In this document: in pieces, positions 57,158-64,000 of the stretch
Layout of the letters: the number at the start of each line of letters is the position of its first letter
How positions within the stretch are numbered: position 1 is the first letter of the stretch
NCBI GenBank assembly: GCA_028714475.1
Contig: JAQTNC010000002.1
Span: forward strand, 14,609-78,608
Reading direction: 5' to 3'
DNA: 64,000 bases
Origin: Patescibacteria group bacterium
Lineage (GTDB): Bacteria; Patescibacteriota; Patescibacteriia; SG8-24
Position numbers and translations under genes: made by a program
Notes under the pieces: model-generated
The model's database searches: none
What the model saw: only the letters and a program-made list of their open reading frames with translations
What the model was told of the DNA's origin: nothing

Positions 57158-58663
57158 ATGAAAATCATCGTCACCCTAGACCAGCCGGAAACAATGCGCG
57201 CCGACCTGATCGTCGTGCCCTTATCAAGCGAAGCCAAGCGCTTGCCCGTCGCCGCCGCGCCGCTGGATAAGTCCCTGAACGGCCAGCTCACCAAACTCAT
57301 CGCGGAAGAGAAACTAACCGGCAAGGCCGGCGAATACGCCTTGCTGAAATCCAACGGCCGCGTGGCGGCGGAAAAGATCATGTTGCTCGGAGCGGGTGCC
57401 AGGAAGCTCGACGCCAAAGCCGCCCGGAAATTCGCCGCCTTGGCCGTACAGAAGGCCCGCGTCGTCCACGCGAAGAGCCTCGCCCTCCTGATCCCTGACG
57501 CGGACGCGAAGGAAATGGCCGCGGTCGCCGAAGCCCTGACCGAAGGCGCGATTCTCGGGGATTACCGCTTCCTCAAATACCGTTCGGAAGAGGCCAAGAA
57601 GCACGCCGAGGGAACGGTTGAGGCGTTGGCGCTTGCCGTGACGAATCGCCAGACAAAAGTCGCCGCGGAAAAAGGCGTCGTCACCGGGCAATTGCTGGCC
57701 AAGGCGACGGTCTTCGCCCGCGAGCTAATCAACGAACCGGCATCAGTCACGACCCCGACCCGCCTCATGGAAACCGCCCGGGTCTTGGCCGCCGGAAGCA
57801 AGCGCGTCAGCGTCAAGGTTTTCGACCGGGCGCAAATGGAAGAGATGGGCATGGGCGGACTCTTGGGTGTCGCCCGTGGTTCGGACGAGCCGCCATATCT
57901 CGTCCACCTGACCTACAAGCCTGTCGGCAAGGCCAAGCGGCGCATCGCGGTCGTCGGCAAGGGCCTCACCTTCGACTCCGGCGGTCTGTCGCTCAAGCCA
58001 GCCGAGGCGATGGAGGACATGAAAATCGACATGTCCGGTGCCGCCGCCGTCCTGGGCGTCTTCAGCGCCATCGCCGAAATCAATCCGGCCTGCGAGGTTC
58101 ATGGCATCATCGGCCTGTGCGAGAACATGCCGTCCGGCAAAGCCGTGAAGCCCGGCGATGTCCTTCACACCATGTCCGGAAAGACGGTCGAGATTCTCAA
58201 CACCGATGCCGAGGGTCGCATCACCCTCGCCGACACCCTGCATTACGCGCAACAGCAGAAACCCGACTATGTCATAGACCTCGCCACGCTCACCGGCGCC
58301 TGCATGGTGGCGCTCGGCCAGGAAGTCGCCGGCCTCATGAGCAATTCGCGCGCGCTCGCCGACCGTTTGCTCTCCGCCGCCGACCGCGCCGGAGAACTGA
58401 TGTGGGAACTGCCGCTCACCGAGGAATACCGCGACTCCCTCAAGAGCCGCGTCGCCGACCTCAAGAACATCACGGGCACGCGCTACGGCGGTGCCATCAC
58501 CGCCGGTCTCTTCCTCCAGGAATTCGTCCGACCCAGCCAGGCCTGGGCGCACCTCGACATCGCCGGCCCGGCCTGGGCGGAAAAAGACACCGTGCCGCAC
58601 CAGCCCATCGGGGGCGTTGGCTATGGCGTGAGGACCGTGCTACGCTTGATACAGAATCTCTAA
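57158..58663 (+). CDS. pepA: Leucyl aminopeptidase (M17)
   Basis: NTDAEGRITLAD signature. 501 aa. Confidence 0.85.
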   Translation: MKIIVTLDQPETMRADLIVVPLSSEAKRLPVAAAPLDKSLNGQLTKLIAEEKLTGKAGEYALLKSNGRVAAEKIMLLGAGARKLDAKAARKFAALAVQKARVVHAKSLALLIPDADAKEMAAVAEALTEGAILGDYRFLKYRSEEAKKHAEGTVEALALAVTNRQTKVAAEKGVVTGQLLAKATVFARELINEPASVTTPTRLMETARVLAAGSKRVSVKVFDRAQMEEMGMGGLLGVARGSDEPPYLVHLTYKPVGKAKRRIAVVGKGLTFDSGGLSLKPAEAMEDMKIDMSGAAAVLGVFSAIAEINPACEVHGIIGLCENMPSGKAVKPGDVLHTMSGKTVEILNTDAEGRITLADTLHYAQQQKPDYVIDLATLTGACMVALGQEVAGLMSNSRALADRLLSAADRAGELMWELPLTEEYRDSLKSRVADLKNITGTRYGGAITAGLFLQEFVRPSQAWAHLDIAGPAWAEKDTVPHQPIGGVGYGVRTVLRLIQNL

Positions 58664-58679
58664 CCTCCCATATCGCTAT

Positions 58680-58916
58680 ATGGCCAAGTCCGTCATTGTT
58701 TACTCAACGCCCACGTGTCCCTACTGCAAGATGGCAAAAGCGTTCCTTGATGAGAAAGGCGTTAAATATGCGGATATTGACGTGTCCACAGACCGACAGG
58801 CGGCCGAACAGATGGTGGAGAAAAGCAGTCAATTCGGCGTCCCGGTGTTGGAAATTGATGGGGAAATCGTCGTCGGCTTCGACAAGGAGGCGATTGCCAA
58901 GGCACTCGGCATCTAA
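58680..58916 (+). CDS. Glutaredoxin-like protein (NrdH/YruB type)
   Basis: CPYC active site. 78 aa. Confidence 0.75.
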   Translation: MAKSVIVYSTPTCPYCKMAKAFLDEKGVKYADIDVSTDRQAAEQMVEKSSQFGVPVLEIDGEIVVGFDKEAIAKALGI

Positions 58917-58931
58917 CAGCCAACGGAACCA

Positions 58932-58962
58932 AAAACACCCGGCCGATGGTCGGGTGTTTTTG
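58932..58962. terminator. Bidirectional terminator hairpin (acacccg-N9-cgggtgt) between convergent glutaredoxin and SOD genes
   Basis: Stem plus T-run on the plus strand and A-run upstream. Confidence 0.6.
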
Positions 58963-58969
58963 ATTTCCT

Positions 58970-59563
58970 CTACTTCAGCCCGTATTTTTCGATGACGCCG
59001 TTCGGCACGGACCAATCGATGTTCTGCAGGAACGCCTCGAGGTATTTCTTGCGCGCCGTGGCGTAATCGAGGAAGTAGGCGTGCTCATAGACGTCGAGAA
59101 CCAAGAGGGGAATGGCGCCCCAGACGCCGCCTTGGTCGTGGCGTTCGCAAACGTAGTTGCGGAGCCGGCCTTCGTTCAGATCGTAGGCGAGCACGACCCA
59201 GCCGCGGCTCGACAGTCCGTTCGCGATCATCTCCTCCTGCCAGCGCTCCAGCGAACCGAAGTCGCGCTCGATCATCTCGGCGATACGGCCTTCAGGCTTG
59301 GAACCGCCCGGCGTGAGGTTGTCAAAAAAGCGCTCATGCAGGACAACGCCGTTCACCGCGAAAACCTCCTCCACCTTTAACTCGCGCCAGGCACCATAAG
59401 TGCCGTTGGCCGAAGCCAGATCCGCCGTCCCCAAAGCCTCGCGAATCTCGTTCGTCTTCTTGACGTAGCCGGCGTAAAGCACGTCATGGTGCTCGGCGAG
59501 CTGGCGCTCGGACAGGCCGGGCAGGCCTTTGTATTTTAATGGTTTTAGAGTCATGTCCGACAT
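58970..59563 (-). CDS. Fe/Mn superoxide dismutase
   Basis: DVYEHAYFLDY motif. 197 aa. Confidence 0.85.
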   Translation of the reverse strand: MSDMTLKPLKYKGLPGLSERQLAEHHDVLYAGYVKKTNEIREALGTADLASANGTYGAWRELKVEEVFAVNGVVLHERFFDNLTPGGSKPEGRIAEMIERDFGSLERWQEEMIANGLSSRGWVVLAYDLNEGRLRNYVCERHDQGGVWGAIPLLVLDVYEHAYFLDYATARKKYLEAFLQNIDWSVPNGVIEKYGLK

Positions 59564-60013
59564 AATGTTGTCGTTATCGGCGGTTTCTCCGCCGCTGACC
59601 GTATTGTATCATTGTTCGTTGCCGTTGACAGGCTGGGCGATGTTTGTTTAAGTGTCTCCGGACGCGACCTCGTCGCAACACCGGAGAAAAGCCCATGACC
59701 ATCCTCGGGATCGAAGCCAACTTGTTCGTTTCGTGCGTCGGCGGCGCCGCCGGTCTCGCCATCGTGGCGATAGCCGTTTTGAAGGGGAGGATGGGCCAGC
59801 CCTGCCGACCCAAGCCCAGAATGAGGCCAGTGACCTCAAGACGATGGGGGTGAGGCCACCTCCGGTTAACCGCTTGGTTGACCGGAAAAAGGACCGCTTG
59901 TCAACTCGACAACGCGGTTTTTTGTTTATTTATGCGAACCTGAGCCAATTCGTCCTCTGCCCCTTGACTATAAACGAAAAACATGCCATAATGTTCCTAT
60001 CCTAGGAGGACTC

Positions 60014-60163
60014 ATGGACTTCGGAAGATTTACAGTCGCGCAACTCGACCAGACCCTCTGCTACGCCCCCTTCGTATTGCTGCTCGGCGCCGCCGTGGTG
60101 ATAATCGGCGGGGTCGCCGTGGCTCTCTGGTACCGCGGTTCCTGGAAGAGCCCCGAACAGTGA
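60014..60163 (+). CDS. Possible small membrane protein (49 aa)
   Basis: RBS AGGAGGA 4 nt before the ATG. Single TM segment. Not in the >=60-aa ORF track. Confidence 0.3.
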   Translation: MDFGRFTVAQLDQTLCYAPFVLLLGAAVVIIGGVAVALWYRGSWKSPEQ

Positions 60164-60312
60164 ACGACGGCGCGTTGCGCCACCAACTCCCAGCTGCTGC
60201 TTGGCTGGATCACCGGACCACCGTGCTTCGCGCATGGGGTCCGTTTCAATTTACGGAAAAGGCCGTGATATTGATAATTCCTCCGGACGCTGGTATTTTT
60301 TGGTAGTTATCT

Positions 60313-61494
60313 ATGTACGACGCCATCATCATCCATGTCGGCGAACTGGTGCTCAAGGGCGGCAACCGCGGTCGCTTCGAGCAATGCCTCATCACCAATC
60401 TCCACCGCCAACTCGAAGGGTTGGGCGTTTTCAAAATGGCCATGAGACAGGCGAGCCTGGTGATGACGCCGGCGAGCGGCCCGATTGATGCCGAACAAGC
60501 CGAGAAAATCCGCCGCCGTCTCCGCGCGGTTTTCGGCATCGCGAAATTCATGTTCGTGAAGAAGACGCCGCGCGACATCGAGGCCATGGGCGCCGCCGCC
60601 GCGACCATCGCCGCGGCCTCCGGCGCCGCGACCTTCAAGGTCATCACGCGCCGCAGCGACAAAACCTTCCCGCATCCGTCCATGGAAGTGAGCCGCCTCG
60701 TCGGGGCCGCCGTGCTCGATGCCGTACCGGGCATCAAGGTGGATGTCCACGAGCCGAAAATGGAACTGCGCGTCGAAATCGCCTCGAGGGCGGCCTACGT
60801 CTCGCCGGGCTTGGAGAATGGCGCCGGCGGCCTGCCGGTCGGTTCGTCCGGCCGCGTCGTGGCCCTTCTCTCCGGCGGCATCGATTCGCCGGTCGCGGCC
60901 TGGAAGGCGCTCAAGCGCGGCTGTGAGGTCATCTACGTGCATTTCCACAGCTACCCGTTCGTTGACCGCCGCTCGGTCGAGAAGGCGCGCCGCCTCGCCG
61001 AAGCGCTCGCGCCGTGGCAACCGGACGCCAAGATGTATCTCGTCCCGTTCGGCGAATTCCAACGCGAGGTCGTGGCCAAGTGCGACCCGTCCATGCGCAT
61101 CGTGCTCTATCGCCGGATGATGGTGCGCATGGCTGAAGTCATCGCCCGCCGCGAAGGCGCGCTCGGCATCTTCACGGGCGACAGCATCGGGCAAGTCGCG
61201 TCACAAACGCTCGAAAACCTGGAAACTGTGACCGCCGCCGCCAAACTGCCCATCTACCGACCGCTCGTCGGCGACGACAAGGAGGAAATCATCACTTTCG
61301 CCAAACGCATCGGCACCTACGCCATCGCCATCGAGCCGCACGACGACTGCTGCAGCCTGTTCATGCCCCCGCGTCCGGCCACCAAGGCGACCGTCGCGAG
61401 GGCCGAGGCGGAAGAGGCGCGTTTGGACATCGGCCGATTTCAGGACGAAATGCTTACCCAAGCCGAACTGGTCACAATAGGCTATAATCAATAG
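60313..61494 (+). CDS. thiI: tRNA 4-thiouridine synthase ThiI (THUMP plus PP-loop)
   Basis: PP-loop LLSGGIDSPVAAW. 393 aa. Confidence 0.85.
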   Translation: MYDAIIIHVGELVLKGGNRGRFEQCLITNLHRQLEGLGVFKMAMRQASLVMTPASGPIDAEQAEKIRRRLRAVFGIAKFMFVKKTPRDIEAMGAAAATIAAASGAATFKVITRRSDKTFPHPSMEVSRLVGAAVLDAVPGIKVDVHEPKMELRVEIASRAAYVSPGLENGAGGLPVGSSGRVVALLSGGIDSPVAAWKALKRGCEVIYVHFHSYPFVDRRSVEKARRLAEALAPWQPDAKMYLVPFGEFQREVVAKCDPSMRIVLYRRMMVRMAEVIARREGALGIFTGDSIGQVASQTLENLETVTAAAKLPIYRPLVGDDKEEIITFAKRIGTYAIAIEPHDDCCSLFMPPRPATKATVARAEAEEARLDIGRFQDEMLTQAELVTIGYNQ

Positions 61495-61578
61495 TGCTGA
61501 AGCGGGGAAGTGCTGGAGTAATGAAGAGCAAAAAATCTTCAGTACTTCAGCACTCCAGAACTCCAGCACTCCTGCGCT
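61495..61578. repeat. Palindromic repeat element, copy 2 (gtgctgaag...gtgctggag...cttcagtacttcagcactcc...ctccagcactcc)
   Basis: Fills the thiI-rsmI intergenic gap. Twin of 49105-49200. Confidence 0.6.
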
Positions 61579-61581
61579 CCC

Positions 61582-62277
61582 ATGCTTTACCTCATCGCCA
61601 CGCCCATCGGCAACCTCGAAGACATGACCTTCCGCGCCGTCGAGACCATCAAGAATCTCGACGTGCTTTTCTGCGAGGACACGCGGCAGACCAAGCGCCT
61701 GCTTGACCGTTACGGCCTGAGGGTCGCGCTCGACTCCTACCGCGAGGAGGCACACGCGCGCAAGGCGGAACGGATGATTGAGCTGCTGCAGGAAGGAAAA
61801 AATGTCGGTCTCGTGAGCGATGCCGGCACGCCGGGCGTCTCCGATCCCGGCGGACGACTCGTCGCGGCGGTTGTTGAACGCCTGCCGAACGTGAATATCA
61901 TCCCAATACCCGGCCCCTCGGCGGTCGCCGCCATCGTCTCCGTCGCCGGCTTTGGCGGAAACGGCTTCACCTTCCTCGGCTTTCCGCCAAACCAGAAAGG
62001 CCGCCAGTCCTTCATCAGGGAAGCGCTTGACGAGCCCCGCACCGTCATCCTCTACGAATCGCCTCACCGGATAAGCAAGCTGCTCGAAAGCATCAGGGAA
62101 ATCTCGCCGGACCGAAACCTGGTCGTCGGACGCGAACTGACCAAACTCCACGAAACGATTTACCGCGGCACGGCCGCCGAAATCATTTCGGCCATAAAGA
62201 AAACCAGCGACAAAGGCGAATTTGCCATCGCCATCGAGAGCGCGAGACACGGACAGCGTCGCTTGAATACGAATTAA
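61582..62277 (+). CDS. rsmI: 16S rRNA (cytidine1402-2'-O)-methyltransferase RsmI
   Basis: LYLIATPIGNLEDMTFRA ... FCEDTR. Confidence 0.85.
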   Translation: MLYLIATPIGNLEDMTFRAVETIKNLDVLFCEDTRQTKRLLDRYGLRVALDSYREEAHARKAERMIELLQEGKNVGLVSDAGTPGVSDPGGRLVAAVVERLPNVNIIPIPGPSAVAAIVSVAGFGGNGFTFLGFPPNQKGRQSFIREALDEPRTVILYESPHRISKLLESIREISPDRNLVVGRELTKLHETIYRGTAAEIISAIKKTSDKGEFAIAIESARHGQRRLNTN

Positions 62278-62357
62278 TATTCTGGCCCGACCTTGTGGAG
62301 GGCCAAGAGCCGTAACCCCTCGACTACGCTTCGCTCCGCTCGGGGAATAACCTCACT

Positions 62358-63887
62358 ATGTCGAGCAAATTTTTCCTCACCACCCCCATCTACTACGTTA
62401 ACGACGTGCCGCATATCGGACACTACTACACGACCGTGGCCGCGGACGTGTTGGCGCGCTGGCATCGCCTCAAAGGCGATGACGTTTTCCTGCTGACCGG
62501 CACCGACGAGAACAGCCAGAAAAATGTCGAGGCGGCCGCCAAGCGCGGCTACGACGAAACGCGCATCCAAGAATACCTCGATGAGATGGCCGCCAACTGG
62601 CGCCAGACCTGGGACAAACTCGGCATCAGCTACGACGGCTTCATCCGCACGACCGAAGACCGCCACAAGGCCGGCGTCGCCCAATTCTGGAAGGCCGTCG
62701 CCGCGAAAGGCGACATCTACCAAGGAGAATACTCCGGCCTCTACTGCCCGGGTTGCGAGGCGTTCGTGCGCGAATCCGACCTTGTGGACGGCAAATGCCC
62801 GATCCATAAGAAGGAACCGCAGGTCATCAAGGAGAAGAACTATTTCTTCAGGCTGTCGGCCTATCGCGAACAACTGCTCAAGCACATCGATGAGCACCCG
62901 GAATTCATCCAGCCGACGAGCCGCCGCAACGAAGTCCGAAGCTACATCGACAAGTTCATGGAGGACATTTCCATCACCCGCGAATCCGTGAAGTGGGGGA
63001 TACCGGTGCCTGGCGACGAAGCCAACGTCATCTACGTCTGGTTCGACGCGCTCATCAACTACTTGACCGGCGTCGGTTACGGCTCAAACGAGCAGGAGTA
63101 CCGGAAACGTTGGCCCGCCCAGCTGCATCTCGTCGGCAAGGACATCATCAAGTTCCACTGCGCGCTCTGGCCGGCCATGCTCTTGTCGGCCGGCGTGCCG
63201 CTGCCGGAACGAGTTTTCGCCCACGGCTTCTTCACCATCGACGGCGTCAAGATGTCCAAGTCGCTCGGCAACGTGGTGGATCCGCTCGCGGTTTCCGAAA
63301 AATACGGCCGTGATGTCGTCCGCTTCTTTCTCCTGCGCGAAATCACCTTCGGCGAGGATGGCGACTTCTCCTTCGCCCGCTTGGAACAGCGCTACAACTC
63401 CGACCTCGGCAACGACCTCGGCAACCTTCTGCATCGCGTCCTCTCCATGACGGAAAAATACTTTGACGGGAAAGTTCCTGAAGCCGCCCAATGTGCCGAG
63501 GCGCCGGTTGACCAGGCCAAAACGTGGGAACGCTACGAGGCGGCCATGTCAAAACTGGATTTTGGTGACGCCCTCGACGCCATCTGGGAGGATTTGCGCT
63601 GGGACAACAAGCACATCGACGAGGTGAAACCCTGGACGCTCGCCAAGACCGACCGCGCCGAGCTGGCCAAGGTCATGTATTATCTGCTCGAGCACCTGCG
63701 GCAGACCGCATGGCTGCTTCGGCCCTTCGTCCCGGAAATATCCGAAAAAATCCTGTTGCAGCTCGGCGTCGCCGAGGCGGAAGGGAAAAAATCGCTAGAA
63801 GAAGCAAAGGTTTGGGGTGGCCTTCCGATTGGTGGTACAATAGCCAAAGGAGAGCCGTTATTCCCGAGACGAGAAGATAAGCAGTAG
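62358..63887 (+). CDS. metG: Methionyl-tRNA synthetase (short form)
   Basis: HIGH-type PHIGHYYT. KMSKS. Zn knuckle CPGCE...CPIH. Confidence 0.9.
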   Translation: MSSKFFLTTPIYYVNDVPHIGHYYTTVAADVLARWHRLKGDDVFLLTGTDENSQKNVEAAAKRGYDETRIQEYLDEMAANWRQTWDKLGISYDGFIRTTEDRHKAGVAQFWKAVAAKGDIYQGEYSGLYCPGCEAFVRESDLVDGKCPIHKKEPQVIKEKNYFFRLSAYREQLLKHIDEHPEFIQPTSRRNEVRSYIDKFMEDISITRESVKWGIPVPGDEANVIYVWFDALINYLTGVGYGSNEQEYRKRWPAQLHLVGKDIIKFHCALWPAMLLSAGVPLPERVFAHGFFTIDGVKMSKSLGNVVDPLAVSEKYGRDVVRFFLLREITFGEDGDFSFARLEQRYNSDLGNDLGNLLHRVLSMTEKYFDGKVPEAAQCAEAPVDQAKTWERYEAAMSKLDFGDALDAIWEDLRWDNKHIDEVKPWTLAKTDRAELAKVMYYLLEHLRQTAWLLRPFVPEISEKILLQLGVAEAEGKKSLEEAKVWGGLPIGGTIAKGEPLFPRREDKQ

Positions 63888-63945
63888 GTTCTAGGTGCTA
63901 GAACATAATCACTAGAACCTAGTAACTAGAACCTAACCTCCACCC

Positions 63946-64000
63946 CATGACCCCCATCGACATCGCCATTCTCGTCATGCTCGGCTGTTTTGTGCTGGCC
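63946..64000 (+). CDS. 5' end of a membrane protein gene (truncated by the window edge)
   Basis: ATG followed by a hydrophobic stretch MTPIDIAILVMLGCFVLA. Confidence 0.3.

Noticed and set aside
59627-59853. Small ORF 59644-59853 / MTILGIEANLFVSC... and the TTGACA-17-TTAAGT promoter-like sequence upstream of it
   Set aside because: Weak -10, no SD, and the Arg/Pro-rich C-terminal half looks non-coding. The stronger small-ORF candidate in this gap is 60014-60163.
1-64000. CRISPR arrays, tRNA/rRNA genes, integrase or transposase genes, prophage structural genes
   Set aside because: No regularly spaced direct repeats, no tRNA-like T-arm/acceptor patterns in the intergenic regions, and no Tyr/Ser-recombinase or DDE transposase motifs in any long ORF. 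If an integron integrase exists it is outside the window.

Overview
High-GC (roughly 60-65% by eye), gene-dense bacterial chromosomal segment. From about 14 kb onward it looks like ordinary core genome. It carries an Rrf2-regulated sufBDSUC Fe-S operon, metG, thiI, rsmI, rsmE, pepA, an Fe/Mn SOD, greA, ribA, glgP, ald and a class-IV aminotransferase. It also has a MacAB-like efflux set, an ABC-F ATPase, an NRAMP transporter, TspO, a PduO-type adenosyltransferase, radC, an M16 peptidase, three histidine kinases with two stand-alone receivers, and an ECF-sigma/anti-sigma/HtrA/FecR-like envelope cluster. No rRNA, tRNA, CRISPR array, integrase or transposase was recognised. The first ~14 kb looks accessory and compositionally mosaic. 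A very AT-rich orphan gene with a HEPN-like Rx4H motif lies 12 nt upstream of a 768-aa RloC/Rad50-like ABC ATPase. That ATPase has a coiled-coil insert with a CxxC zinc hook, and the pair is a candidate undescribed two-gene defence or abortive-infection module. Next come three small Zn-ribbon protein genes, a membrane-anchored alpha/beta hydrolase, a lipoprotein and an AT-rich membrane protein. These gene units are punctuated at their 3' ends by a recurring motif, consensus GGAAACGGGGTCAGGTCTTGAA, with 7 copies in 14 kb and none convincing in the other 50 kb. The motif twice overlaps or provides the stop codon, as in a cassette array. Other unexplained structures are a ~520-nt promoter-to-terminator non-coding transcript upstream of radC and two copies of a ~90-bp palindromic element. 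There is also a perfect 11-N5-11 palindrome at the Rrf2/suf promoter and a CTAGAAC heptamer cluster at the window end.
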